From assembly GCA_964234715.1 (NCBI GenBank), contig OZ174278.1: a stretch of 64,000 bases of DNA; one strand, written 5' to 3'. The first letter of the stretch is position 1. Each line of letters begins with the position of its first letter. The notes below the pieces were generated by a model. It was not told where the DNA came from. It saw nothing but the letters and a program-made list of their open reading frames with translations, and searched no databases. The stretch comes from Podarcis melisellensis. Lineage: Eukaryota. Below, in pieces: positions 11,220-25,214 of the stretch. The translations under genes were made by a program, and so were the position numbers.

Positions 11220-11743
11220 TTATTTATTTTTATTTTAAAAACTTTATTTCTATTAAAGATTTTCTTGGTTTACAAAAAGTACATGCCTTGTCTCTTTTTT
11301 CAGGTTGAACAGTCTTTCTTACAAATCATGTACATTTGTTGTGAGACATTAGCGTTGAGTATAGGGTTGGGGGAGAGGAGGGGTGGGATGGTAAGGCTTA
11401 TATTCTTTTGTATAGTGTACGTGTGGGGTTTTGTGTCAGCGTTAACAGGGTAAGTTCTCTTTCTATTCGTTTATTACATTTCCTTGGTAGTGAGAGGTAT
11501 TGGGGGGTGGGGGGTGGCTGGGTTGTCTGTGGTCGGTTGCAATGGGGTTTGTTTGCATTTGTGAGGTGAGAGAGGGCTTGTTGGGTCAGGCAAGCCAGAT
11601 TGATTTGTATGCTGTCGGTGGATTCTTGTCGTCTTGTTGGGCTGCGTATGTGATAAAGAGGAGTCATACTGGGGTGAAAACATCCTCTTCTATTTGTCCC
11701 CGTGTCAGTTACAGTCTATTGGTTAGCTTTTCTAGTAATCTAT
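11220..11743 (-). mobile_element. 5'-truncated L1-clade LINE
   Basis: TSD AATGCTCAGAT at 11209-11219 and 11744-11754. A-rich tail on the minus strand. Minus translation LLEKLTNRL*LTRGQIEEDVFTPV*LLFITY resembles an L1 ORF2 C-terminus. Confidence 0.75.
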
Positions 11744-13355
11744 AATGCTCAGATATATATTTTAAGTTTAGCTTAATTTCCCTGAGTAGTTCTTGCCAGT
11801 ATCAAAATGTAAAATAAGGTTCTGCACATGGCGAAGTACACGACTGTTATCCCATAAGCCTAAACATATATCTCATCTCTACTCACAATCAACATGCTGC
11901 AGTTCAATCAACTTTCAACAACTTTAGTGGCTTGGTAAATCTAGCCTGAACAGCAAATTAGCTATCAAAGTCAAAAACTGTCCCAACCATCACATGCCTC
12001 TCTTTACTTAAGTTCATTCAACATACCTTCTTACTGTGCAAATTTGGTTGTCAACTGTCCCAAGCTTTACAACATGGAGAACCTATCCCGTATCCCTTTT
12101 CTATTAATACGTAGATAAGTCATTCTAGCTCCTCAAAGGATTATCTCGTTTTTCATTTTCTGAACGTTAGTTTTGCATTTATTACTCATATATCATATTG
12201 TAAATAAGAGCTCACATTTTCATCTAAGATGTAAAAAATTACAACTTTTGCTGTCTGGCTAGGGGAGTTCCAGATCTTCATTCACAGCCAGTGGCTTCTG
12301 TATAAACATTAACTTACTGTTTGAAACATTTGCATTTTGCCAGGTTAGTGGTTACACTCTTCACAGTTAGAAGTTGGAGGTCTCTTCAGTTGCTCGTCAC
12401 TGTCAGAAAGACAGTCACAAAGAAAATACAGACCACCACTAATTTAACGGATCTTGCATCTTCTAGAAAGTTGAATTTTTTTTAGATGCTCTATGCCAGA
12501 TTCTAAGTTTTGTGCATTGAAAAGATCTACATCACTACTTGATCCCAGTCTCAGTCTATGAAATTCAATCAATGCCATCACAGTGTCTCTCTAAAAAAAG
12601 GTATATCTGTTTTTCCAGTGAGCTCTCTGGAATGGTTTCAGTTCAGAACAGCAAAGTATAAAGCAATGTACTAAGTCATAAATCATCATGTAGCCTGGCA
12701 TTGATTAATTGGTTTTGGACTGCCCTAAACCATCTAGGAGCTTTGTAAGGCACCTGGCTTCACTACAGCTATAGCATTAATGGCAGGCACTCAGGGAATC
12801 ATTTTCTGACTGCTAGAGAAGTGGATATTTAAGTAAAATGCTTGGTGAGCAAGTTTCACCACTGCTTCTTCATGCACATTCCTGAGTGAAACAATGATAA
12901 GAATCTTCCTCTCCTGCAAATGTGATAGCAGAGAAGGGGCTCTCATATTTAGTAATATCTCACCAGTGGTTATATTGGTGGTTCCAAATAAGTTGAGAAT
13001 TGATGCATTTGATGTACTGTGTTACTTTGCCACAAGATAACTGTTTGCATCCTGTGTCCATGGGAGCTAAACCAGCAATAAAACAAATATCATCACTTTG
13101 GACCATAACCTGAATGTCTTTGGCACAGTCACACAAAAATATTACCATTTTGGATTCCATCAGCATGGGTTTGGAGTCACATGGTAAATGATGTGTGAAG
13201 TTGTGCTCATGTGATTTGGATGATTTTCAGCCAAAAGTATTTCCCTGACATAGTAGAAATTGCTTTAACCAACTGACTCCTTGAAACCAACTACTACATG
13301 GAAAGGATCCCACAGAGTTTGATCACACTACCCAACTTTCAAATAAATAGCAGCA

Positions 13356-14035
13356 TATCCTGACTCCCACCCAAGAATAACAACAGTTGGGCTTTCTTGC
13401 AGGTAAGAAGCCAAACTTTATTCTGACAGTGTAAACTTAGGAATATAAGAGCAAAAATCGGTCCAGTCACCCCGGGATACCAGTGATGAGGTACGGATTA
13501 GTCCAGCTCAGGAGAGAAGCTTCAGGGTTCCCTAAAAGCAGTTCAAGGTAAAGACCAGGAATCAGGATTCCAGGATCAAGAGCTGCACAGGAGCATGAAG
13601 TTGTTCCAACAATTGGTCCTGCCTACCCACCACTCTTTTAAACAGAAGTGGGGAAAGTCCAGCTACTTGTGAGACTGCCTTTCTTGCCAACAGCTCCTGG
13701 CCTGAAGTGAAGCACTCCTCATAGGCTGGGTCTGCTCCTGCCTACTGATGTGGCACTGTTGCCCTAGAGAAAATGTCTGGCTTTCCTCTAACCCTGACAC
13801 CTCATTCTGTGCTGTGGAGATCTTGCCCTCCCCTGGCAAATGATGAGGCTCCTCAGCATTGAATGGCCTCACTTCCTCTCCCTGGAACAAGGAACAAGGG
13901 GCCTGTGAGAGTTCCAGATGAAAATTCTCAACTGAAAAGCCAGTTTTGAGTCAGAGGCTTGACTGGAAGGGCTCTGAATCATGGCCTCTTCCTCCCACTC
14001 GTTATCCTCATAAGTCCTCAAGGAAGGGCATGACA
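13356..14035 (-). mobile_element. Solo-LTR-like element (Gypsy-type)
   Basis: Minus strand starts TGTCATGCCC, has AATAAA near its end (plus-strand TTTATT at about 13417) and ends GTCAGGATA. No clear TSD. Confidence 0.55.
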
Positions 14036-16317
14036 TAGAGGAATGCAATACCTTCATCAGTCTTTCTCCCTAATCTTCATATTGCCCAGGGCTTTAAAAA
14101 AAACCTTCCATGCTCTCTCCAGCAGGCATAAATGTAGGAGCACATCAAATAAATTGTGTAAATCCTCTTAATCCAGTAATATATCAAGTTTTTCAAACCC
14201 AGTTTACCAGGGGACCCACTTTAATTTTTCTCTATTGTATGTGCTTCTATCATTCCATCTTATCCATCACTTAAAAAACAACAACGAATAAGCAAAAGGG
14301 AAAAGGTGGTGGTACTTCTAATACAATGGTGCAGCCCTAGGGATGGGTGCTACCTAATTGTAGACTATTGCACAAGTTAAATTATCATGAAGACATTGGA
14401 TTTTATACTTCAACTATCAGTGGCAGTTTTGACATCATGTTCTTCATTCAGAAATGGCCTGATGAAATTATGTCTATAGATACATATACATAACCATATT
14501 TACATTTGGCTTAAATTGAATGGAACTGGAGTTCTGATACAATAACCACATTAAATATTTGGTTGAAATGACATCTGCAGCAGCCTTCACTTACTCTGAA
14601 GTACAAAATTAAAGACAATGGCACTATTCCAGAATAATCAGCCTGTGGACTGCAGCCAAAATATCTGATATTCTCTTCTAGTACACATAAAATCTCTTAA
14701 TTGATGTCAAGGAAATGCTTTATTTCTTAATTTTATTTTATGTTGTGGCTCTTGTCTGGGAGTTCCCTTTTACATACTGGGAAGCACCAGATCCTCAGTT
14801 ATTCAAGGACATTACCCTTGTTTCATTTTATGGGTTCATCCAGAGGTTCATTTCCCTCCCCATGTTTCTCTTTTTCTATGTGTTGCTGTTTATCTTATCT
14901 CATATCCTGAGTCATTACCAAATTGATACTCTCTCACACTACTTCCACAAATTTATCCCCAGGTTTCATCTCTACCACCTCTACACACCACCTCAAATAC
15001 TTTACATTCATGCAATGCCTCTGCAATGTATCTAAGAGTGGGCTGGATCATGTCTTTGTTCTATACGTGGAGGGCAACGTAGAGAGCCTATATACATGGC
15101 CCAGCCACACTTGGAGGCATGTTTGGGGAGAATCCATAATTGTGGTCCTCCTCTCTTGTCCCTACTTTTTGTCATGTGATCTCAGCCAATCAGGATCACA
15201 TAGTGAAATGATTTCATGGGACCACATAGCTAATCAAATTTGGCTATAACACAGGGAAATTAAGCCCCCTTTTAGTCCTTATTCTGAAATAAGGAGAAGA
15301 AGGATGACGCTGCATTGTGGCAAAGCAACTGTGCCAATATGCCCTGTCATCTACACTGCTCTGGGAGTCTCATTGTCTGCCAGTGTTGCATGCCAAATCT
15401 TTTGTCTCAGGCCAACTTTAGTGGCACAAAGTTCATAACTAGGTGAGGTAAAATAGAGATAGGTATATGCATTTATATTAGTAAGCGAATGACGCCCCAC
15501 TGAAAGCAGTGTCAGCATCACTGTTCATCTCAAAATGTAAAATTGAATCATGTATGTGAGAAATGCTCATGATTTCTCAACAATATGGATGTGTGACCTT
15601 CTCCAATATGCCTTGCAAAGAGTTTCTCACCTCTCACAAAGGAGCACAAAAGGCTGTGTGTGGGTGCTTTGTAGAGAGAAAATGATTGCAACACACATCT
15701 CTTCCTAATACAGATTGCAACTGGGAACTGGAGCTTTCCAGAAGGAAGAAACAGTGTAACCTTTTGTCCATTAAACCAGACTACTGCATGTTTACAAAAA
15801 TGTATATAGGCCATGAGTTATAGCAGATCAAAGAACAATATTTTTCTTTCTGTTCATTGACATTTTGAGGAGCTATTGCTAGAAAATGACATCTGTCGAA
15901 ATAATCCCTTAAGATGTTTCTCATCACTAGTGATGCTACCAAGAAAGCCAGCAAGTGTTTCTACAGATGGGGCAAGGGGGATTATGGTGCTTTGGCAACC
16001 CATTTATCATTGTGCCTTATGAATTCCTTGCTTCACCTGATTGCTTTTATATGGGGAGAAAGTTTGCACAGAATATAGATATGCTGGGGGAGGTATTGCA
16101 GGTATGGAAAGCGAAGGAGAGCTTCAAGCATACTCAAGAGTGAACAATATGATTTTTTAGTCAAATATTTCACAGCAAAGAGTATCCAAATCCCAGATAA
16201 AGATTTCTTGTTTTTGCAACAGATCAGCTAGAAAATGAATGACAGTAAGCAGAAAATTGTACGAAATTAAGAACTGACAAATAAAATTAATTTCAGGTTT
16301 GCAATATAAAAATCAAT

Positions 16318-16700
16318 AGGGTTCTCATCTGGCTAGAAAAAAATTGCCCTAGCCTACTCTAGTGCCTTCAACAGAGGTTTGCTTTGCAGGTAAAGATTCC
16401 CATGGCCTTGAGATAAGCATTGTCACCTGCTAATTGCTGTAGATCAAAGTGCTGTTAGACAGCTACAGGGGCTGCTTCAAATTTGGCAACACTAATAGCC
16501 AAAAAAAATCCTGGTTTATTTGGTTTCTATAATCAGCTTTTGAACTGGCCCCTAAAGATGTCCTTTTGATCTGCAGCAATTAGCAGGTAAGGATGTTTAG
16601 CTTCCTGCCATGGAAAGTGCCACCTGCTCTATTCTGCATAGTAAAGCCCTGTTAAAAGCACATGAGCCCCCAAATTTGCTTCTGGCCAGTTGGGAATTTT
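16318..16700. repeat. Degenerate ~380-bp palindromic element (old MITE-like)
   Basis: Nested inverted repeats, e.g. 16425-16448 versus 16565-16588 (23/24 complementary), plus matching outer arms. Confidence 0.65.
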
Positions 16701-17624
16701 ACTGGCCTGATATCCAATTTGCCACCACTCCCACCAACATAACAAACCCTTGCCTTGAAAACACAGTTGTTTTATTACACTAAATTATTATAGCTAAACA
16801 ATGTTTGGGGTTAATAGTAATGAAATTGTTTTTCAGCATCAGCTGTATTTTCCTTTCAATTATTATATTTGTATCTGTCAAGAATTGGAACAAGTTATAT
16901 GTATACTAGTTTATAATGATGGATACTTAGGCTGTGTGCATGTTACAAGCTTAAAACACAGCTGGGTCATTCTTTTTCTCAATTTGTACTGAAGCTGGTT
17001 TGGAGAAAAACACATCAAAACTCCTTATTTCATAAGAAATGGCAGGATAGATGCAAGTTAGATATGGATTGTGGCTAATGCCACTGCTTCCCAAACCAGC
17101 AGTGGGAGCACACTGGATACAAAGTGAATGGGAGTGTGTACCCAGCCTTAGTAGCTTATGATTTAGTAACTTATGCAAAAGTAACAAAAATATGTATACT
17201 TGGATCTCTTCCCAAATCCTTAGCAGCTAGAAATGATCATATTAAGAATAGTATACATATAAATTTGAGTTTTAATTACGGATTAGTAAAAATATCAAAT
17301 TTCAAAGGGAAATACTGCAGAATCCAAAAAATTGTTTTATTCCCACCACTAATCCAAACTGTTTAGCTATAACGTCACAAAACAAAACAAGTAGATTATA
17401 AAACGGGGCAATACTGAATGGCAGACACCCAAATCATATGCAAACTTACTATCTGGTGAAAGGGCAAAGCTGGATGGAAGGGATATGAAATGACAATAAA
17501 CACAGGAACTGAGTTACCAGTAGGTACAACAATGCAGGTGTTCCCTTGTAGACTAATTGGGCAGTGATGGTCTTCCCCTGAGCCAACTGGATTAAACAGC
17601 TAGGTAACCAAGGGGCCGTATGTG

Positions 17625-18140
17625 GGAACAGGTGGCAGCTCTCCCAAACCCACATTCACAGCACATTCGCACTTATCAAACACGTCTATGCTGGCTTTGT
17701 CACATACACAGAATGGAAGATGGCAGAACCCCCAAGGACAGGCTCTACAGGGAGCTGGCTTCAGGCACCAGGCCCATTGGCAAACCAGTTCTGTGTGACA
17801 AAGGCATCTGCAAACATGAAATTAACGTCGGCAACATTAACCCTGCCATGTGGGAATCCTTTACAGATAACCACAGTGCCAGGAGACAATCAGCAAGGCT
17901 GTGTATCCACAGCAGTGAGCAGAGAAGGAATGACCACTGGGAGGTGGAGAGAGAGAAGAAATGTCATGGTCAACCTGTTGCAGCAGAACCGGACACCTTC
18001 ATCTGCCCCACCTGCAATAAAACATGTCTTTCCCATATTGGTCCACAGCCACAGAAGACACTGGAACTCTCCAACTGTTTTACTTTACCCCCAAAGGTGC
18101 ACACTTTGATTTGTTTCCCAAGGCAGATGGATGCCCCACC
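17625..18140 (+). mobile_element. RTE-clade LINE 3' fragment (degenerate)
   Basis: ORF 17620-18264 includes RLCWLCHIHRMEDGRTPKDRLYRELASGTRPIGKP and FICPTCNKTCLSHIG, typical of RTE ORF C-termini. The 3' end reads CCCAAGGCAGATGGATGCC. Confidence 0.85.
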
Positions 18141-18709
18141 AATGGGAGGGAATACTGACATTGAGTTCCGCTTGCTAAACCCTTATTCAATGGCAACGTT
18201 TCATTCTACTTCCGTATATGTAAACATAAAAAATATGTGGTTGCCCAATATGCCTATTTGCTGAGCTGAAGTAGAAATATCAGTCCAGAGCTGCATCTTC
18301 TATTTTCTCACAAGATCGCTGTTGATGCATAGAATAGAAATCATGTAATCAACCAATCTGAAATGTGCCCCTGGCACTGTCTGAAGAAATATAAATGGCT
18401 GTTCACAAGAAAAATATTGAGTGCTGCATGAAAAGCTCAAGTAATCGGCTAACACAGAAAATAAATATATAGGCTAAAATGTGAAATGAAGACTTCAGTA
18501 CCAATATCAGATGCTCTGCCAAATTCTAGGCCTAAACAAGAAAGCACAGTGTTTGTTTATTATGAATGGCTTAGAAGACACGTTTTGTGACATTTTCAGC
18601 TAGCTAAATGTTAGGTGAATGATTGTGGATTAAGTCTTGGTAAATTAATCTGTAAACCAGCCATATTAGAAAAGTGACATTTGATATCTGTAGCTTTTCT
18701 TACCAATTA

Positions 18710-18945
18710 CAGTGGTACCTCAGTTTAAGAACAGCCCTGTTTAGGAACTATTCGGTTTACAAACTCCACAAAACCGGTAGTGTCCCAGTTTGCGAACTTT
18801 ACCTCAGTCTAAGAACGGAATCAAAACAGTGGAAGGGCACTGGCAGTGGGACGCTCATTAGGGAGAGTGCACCTCTGTTTAAGAACTGTTTCGGTTTAAG
18901 AACAGACTTCTGGAATGGATTATGTTTTAAACCGAGGTACCACTG
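18710..18945. mobile_element. Tc1/mariner (Tigger-like) MITE, family B
   Basis: TA|CAGTGGTACCTC...GAGGTACCACTG|TA. Confidence 0.9.
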
Positions 18946-21651
18946 TATTTAGTTTACCTGAGTCCACTCAGCAGTGCAGTAATCTCTGTACTGCAGAGTA
19001 CAGAGGCAGAAGAGAAGGCAAAATTGTCTGATTATTAAGGCAATGTAGAAGGCTTGCCTGTCTTCCTGCACTATGCAGAAACAAGTTGCCTAAGCCATCG
19101 GGTGACTCATCCCTCTCTTCCAGAGCTATACTCTGTTGTATTTGGTAGGAATGAACAAAATTGCTGTTACCTCTGTAGCTACAAACAGCTGCAAAATAGA
19201 TTAGCTAAGGTAAACAGGAAGAGTTTAGACGGCTCAACGCATGAACTTTGTCCCACAACACCTTCACAGCTCAACTGAAATGAAAGGTGCCACTTCACAG
19301 CCAGAGATCAAGGCTACAAAACTGTAAAACTTAGCTTTGGCACAATACAGTAGTTATTTATTGAGCAACCTACACAGCCACTGACCTAGCATACAAGTTC
19401 TTGCTCCTTGTCTTCCAGTCCTCATTTAGTGGGTGTGAGATTCTCTTTGACAAAGTGACCATCACACTTCCTATGGCATACCTTCAGCTATGACATGATA
19501 GGCAGGTGTGGCATAGTGGTACCAGGAAAAGCTGTTGCCTGACACAGAACTGACCAGAGAGAAAGCAGCCCACAACCACAAATGCCTAATATTTAATAAT
19601 AAACATTTAATTCTGGACCACAACTGGCATGCATGACACTGTCTGGCATAGGATGCCACTGAAGCTGCAGCATTTCATACACATGGGTTAAGCCACTATG
19701 ACTATACCTGTAGGATTGGCTTGTAAGAATTAAACTTGTTCTGCAAAACCTATTTCACTTAGGACCACAGCATGAACTCATCCTGAAATCATGATCTTTT
19801 TAAACCATGCATTTCCCCAGTCTTTCTAGTATATCAATAAAACAGTGAGAGTTATTTAGTAAAACAATTTTCTTCCAAACCTATAATGCATATGAATATT
19901 GAATGAGTCTATATGGATATGTACTCAGCATGCAACAAAGGTTCACATTCAGAAGGATTAAGGATGGTAATAAACCTGGCTACTCACTCAATTGCTATGT
20001 TGTCAAGATGGTAACTAATGAAACCACATTGAAAAGAGCCCTCCAAAAGTGATTTAGATTTATATTTTGTCAATGGGATGCTCATAAAGCCAGACTTCAT
20101 GAACCAATAAAGCCATTCAAGGGATGTGTGAATTTCAGAATTACCTATTAAATGGAAAAAATAAATGTCAAAGGTATTTGTGACATTGTGTGTTTGGTGT
20201 CATTGTCTGATAAATTTGTTAGGCAGACTAAAGGGATTAAAATGGTCATTACTTAGGCAAGGATTAGTAATAAATAAGCCAAAGCTTTTTGCACAGGCCT
20301 TAGGTGAACAATGGCACTTCAAAATGAAACACTGGCAAACTGCCCAACTCCTCCGGGAAAAGACCAAAGAGGCACAGCATCCCTTTGTAAGCAATCAGAC
20401 TACAGAATAGATGCTTCTTCCCAATACATTTAGAACATCACAACAGGGCACATAGTATGAAGCAATTAAACAACGATATTGTACAGCAGGGAAAGGGGTG
20501 GCTGCTGTGCTCCATTTTGCAAATGCATTTCACAGAGCTGTTTTGAAATGTAGCTCTGCGATTTGTACATTATTTTCCCCAAAAATATTTAAAGGTATAA
20601 ACCACTAGAACACCACAAACTACATTTTCTTCTATGCATCACAGATGGACAGGGCTTAGCCCTATCTAGACACTTGTATATCGATCTAACTGCTGCTACT
20701 TTGCACCATTTCCCCCCTTCTTTAGTCTCACTGCCACCATTCTCAGGTTGTTGGCAACTCTAGCAATTTTCTTGATGACATCACAACACACAATCAGATT
20801 GATCTCAGAGCTAACAGGATTAAGTAGCTGAGAAAACAAATGAAGCTGAGGGCAAAGAAAGAAAGATAATGGCTTTGAGAAGCAGAAGCAGCCAAGGAAA
20901 CAAAAGGGCACCAAACAGCATCAAAATGACATGAATATTGTTGAAATGCATACTTTCAGCTACTGTAAATGCTATTCAAGGAAAAGCCCCAAACCAATTA
21001 TTGCATGTCCAACCTGCAACAAAATATTGCAGTATGGAGTGTGCTTATTTAGGAAAGTCCATTCCATTTCATTTCCATCTGTTATTCTATCCCAACTCCT
21101 AGCAGTCAGTTAGCATTCACGCCCACTGACCATTGCTCAGTCTTCATCAGACTGTTTTGGGGATCCACTCCTTAAGGGTCCCCCTCCAAAAGGTTTTCTA
21201 CACTTCTGTAAACTTTGTAGTTCCTCCAAGCTCGCCATTGCCTTAATGTTGCCATGCCATTTTGGCTATATGAGGACCAGCATCTGGATAATTAAGATCA
21301 CTTCTAGTATATAGGATGTGATACACTGCCAGTTAAATAGCATGCAAGTCCCACATAAAAAAAAAGCACAGCAATGTGACAGAACTGCAGTACTGGGTCC
21401 AGATTCACTGAATCCTGTTCCCATTTGAGTCCTGCTGAAAGATGTGATTGTTGTGTGAAAGAAGAAATATTGTCCCTGTCTTCTCCCTCTGTATAAAGTT
21501 AATATTCCTATTCTTAACTGTTTGTTCTCACTGAAGTAATGTCATCTAGCCACAGTCCAAAGTCTTCTGGGGCTCTGATTTCCCATGTGAACTAAAGTTG
21601 TAATGTTATAGGGGGATATGCATTATACACATCCACACTGTAAGCATAGAC

Positions 21652-21787
21652 CAGGCTTCCTCAACCTCGGCCCTCCAGATGTTTTGCGACTACAATTCCC
21701 ATCATCCCTGACCACTGGTCCTGCTAGCTGGGGATCATGGGAGTTGTAGGCCAAAAACCTCTGGAGGGCTGAGGTTGAGGAAGCCTG
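21652..21787. mobile_element. Palindromic hAT MITE (136 bp)
   Basis: TIR CAGGCTTCCTCAACCTC / GAGGTTGAGGAAGCCTG. Perfect 8-bp TSD GCATAGAC (21644-21651, 21788-21795). Confidence 0.92.
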
Positions 21788-22110
21788 GCATAGACCATTC
21801 CTCAATATACAGGGATGAGTCGGACAACTCCTATAACTCTGCAGCCTCATTTGCATGCTGTGTGTGTAGTTGGGCCTCCCTTTCAGTAATGTGTCAGGGT
21901 AGGTCAGCCCTACAAAACTGAGTAACATTCACTTATTGCACAGGGTTAGGGTGCAGAAAGAACCATGTTGTGTTGGTAATGCGGAAATATATTTTTTCCC
22001 TCTCTATCCTGAGCTCTAGTCTAGTACCTATAGTGCCAACAACTAGGCAAGAATCCCTGTTTGCCTTCTACTGGGTAACATTTGCTCCCATCCTGTGCTA
22101 TATCATAGCT

Positions 22111-22592
22111 CAAGGGTGAGGAAATTTCAACCTGTGGGCCAAATTTCGCTCGTTCTGAGGTCTAATTGGCCCACGATGCTATTTTCCCCAAATCACACCC
22201 ATCAGCTAGTGTCACTGGTGATGCAAGCTAATGGGCAGGAGGACAGGGTTAAACGTGCATTGGCTGTGTGCCCTATTCCCAGGAGAACAAAATCACAAAA
22301 GCAGCAGGATTTCATCTCCACTCATCAGCTGATGGACAGAGGTTAAAGGCCTTTGCGAAAGTGCTCTTTGTAGCAGCTCCATACTTCATTCAGCAAGTGG
22401 GTGAGCAGGGAAGAGGAGCCTGTGCCATATAAGTTTTTCTCCTCTCCCTCAAACCCGCCCCCCCTCCCGTGCCACCTGCCTGCTTAAAGGAGTAACATAG
22501 AGCTGCTTCAAAGAGCGCTTTTGAAAAAGAATTTAAGGCAGTTCCTATGCTCCTGTTTGAGCTTCCGGACCACTGCAGGTTCCCAAGTGTCT
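22111..22592. mobile_element. Old hAT/Charlie-like remnant
   Basis: Starts CAAGGGTGAGGAAA...CCTGTGGGCCAAATT and ends CAGGTTCCCAAGTGTCT. Heavily degraded. Confidence 0.35.
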
Positions 22593-22884
22593 AACAGCCA
22601 GCTGGATGTCTAGCACCTGGAAACCCCACACAAAGGATTGTGAGAGTTGGGCACCCAATTGTCAATCAAGCGATGGCATAATGATGTTATGTGATTGACA
22701 TGTACTCAGCCCTGCCAACCAGTCAAACTTAGCCCACAAGGTCAGTCCTGTTAAGGATCTGGCCCAAGGAGCCAAAAATGTAGGCTTACAACACAATGCC
22801 ACAAGCAATTCTGCACACAGTGGACAAAACCCCAATTTTGTCCTGCATTTTTCTGATTCATACTTCACCTTAGTCACACTCTTA

Positions 22885-22946
22885 AATATAATATAATATA
22901 ATATAATATAATATAATATAATATAATATAATATAATAATATAATA
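22885..22946. repeat. (AATAT)n pentanucleotide microsatellite
   Basis: Directly visible. Confidence 0.97.
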
Positions 22947-24147
22947 ACTGAAGACACTCTTAAATAGAACTTACACGAGAAAAAGAACTACACGAGAAAA
23001 AGACCTCAGAATCAGGTGGAAATATTTTATAAATGCCACTCTATTTCAGAGAGTAGTTGGCTTGGTGGTTTTTTTTAACATAACATTGTAGAACAAGAAT
23101 TTTGATCATAGGATTCACTGTGGTTGACATGAAAAAAATGAAGTCCTTCTGTTAAATGAGAGATTTAAGGCAGGGGAAGACCCTAAGCCTATCAAATTTT
23201 GCCTTGCAAGAAATAATTCCAAATCTCCATAACAATGATTGGTTTTGTCCTATAAGTAGCCCAAAAGCTATTAAGTCTACTCACCCTTTACAACACAATA
23301 AAACAGTGTAATATCAAGGGAAATATGCCGGTTACTAAATATGTAGAGCATTCCTGCACAATCACAGTAGCATAGTTATAACTGCCTAGTTGCATACAAT
23401 ATATTAATATTTTATATAGTAATTTTGTACTCAAGAAACACATAATATGCAACCAGTAGATATAAAGGCAACACCAGACCTTTATCATCTATGGAACTGT
23501 ATCATCCAATAGGTTTATTTGAAATCACTCAGCTTTCTGTACTTTAACTGTTCTCTTAATACCCAAGGGAAGCTGTTGGTTCTATAGGCTATATCTTTGT
23601 CTTCCGAAGCCAAAGAAGATGAAGACCAATTTCAGTCCTCAAAAGACCCATGTATTGATGTACAAGCTAATCATGTGCTATTAACTGCTTTATAGTGTCA
23701 GAGCACAGAAGGGGGATCCTGTTAAAAAGCAAAAGGTGCAGGACAGGATCAGTGGGATACTATAATCAGGACGAGCAGAAACTAAAGTGTAAATGAATGG
23801 ACCTCCAGATGGTGATGAAAAAAAGATGACCACCAGTGGAGCTGATATACAAGCAACTGGAGGGGAGCCCAAGCCCTTAAGCGTATTACTCTCAAAAGAA
23901 ACTATCAATAGTATGTTAAATTATAGGACTGAAAACCTAAGATGTCATTTTAAAAATGCACACATGTTTAGTGAGGCAAATATCAAAACAATATTTACAT
24001 GAAATGATATTTACTGTAGGCATCAATGAGAATGATGTGCTACATTCTCTAGGACCTAGAATTTTCCTACTGACATTATGTATTAAATGCAGCATTGCAA
24101 TGAAATGTTTTTGTATTATTCTGTAAGCATAATGGTAAACTACAGTA

Positions 24148-24503
24148 AAGGTAAAGGTAAAGGGACCCCTGACGGTTAGGTCCAGTCATGACCGACTCTG
24201 GGGTTGCGGCGCTCATCTCGCTTTACTGGCCGAGGGAGCCGGCGTACAGCTTCCGGGTGATGTGGCCAGCATGACTAAGCCGCTTCTGGAGAACCAGAGC
24301 AGCACACGGAAACGCCGTTTACCTTCCCACCGGAGCGGTACCTATTTATCTACTTGCACTTTGACGTGCTTTCGAACTGCTAGGTTGGGAGGAGCAGGGA
24401 CCGAGCAACGGGAGCTCACCCCGTTGCAGGGATTCGAACCGCCAACCTTCTGATCGGCAAGTCCTAGGCTCTGTGGTTTAACCCACAGCGCCACCCGCCT
24501 CCC
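24148..24503 (-). mobile_element. Sauria SINE (full length)
   Basis: Minus-strand tRNA-like head GGG..GCGGGTGGCGCTGTGGGTTAAACC, Bov-B-like 3' end and (ACCTTT)n tail. TSD TACAGTA. Confidence 0.93.
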
Positions 24504-25214
24504 TGTACAGTACATAACATTAAAAAAATCATTCTGTCTAAAAACAATTATATGTATATTTATGTATATGTATATGTACGTACTTGCCCACACAGAGATA
24601 GAAAGCTATGCATCCCCTGCCATTCCCCCATATGAGCTACCTTCCTAACAGTTGGAATACAGAAGGGGAGTGTATGTGGCTGGTCTTCCAACCCAAGATT
24701 CCCTGAGTTCAGTCTTCATGGAAATAGATATAGAGTTAAGAAAACATTACAGACATGTAATGAGGTGCATTGTTTATCAGGATGGAGGGTTTATTGAGAG
24801 TAGATATTCTCCAAAGGAGGAACTGAGGAATGCAAATTATGGTTACAAACGGACCATATTTGTATCCTGGCTGAAAGCCATTACTCATAACTTGGCTCTA
24901 GGTAGCATGTGTCAACAAGAGGTATGGCTTCATTGATGCCTAGTAAGAAAGATAAATTAACCTTCTTCTTTGGAGAACCGCCCAACCCCAAATCCCTATG
25001 TTACACAGAGTTGTGCATGTAATTGAAAGTTTTTGTGCATTCATCAAGGCACAGCCTTTACTGAAAGTTCCAATTTGAAAAACATTCAGAGCTACTCTAA
25101 GAGCCAATATTACTGAATCGTTTATTGCAGCCCAGTTTTCTGAAGTCTTTGCGCTTATGTCAAGTTTATTCTAGTAATGCAATCCTGGTTTTTAATATAT
25201 CAGTATTATATTAA

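Noticed and set aside
23589-24002. Possible alternative downstream ROBO2 exon (AG at about 23588, purine-rich)
   Set aside because: In the phase required by the ROBO2 donor it stops after about 11 codons, and there is no supporting homology.
24262-24453. Similar ORFs at 24262, 42463 and 60412 suggesting a gene family
   Set aside because: They are antisense translations of Sauria SINE copies.
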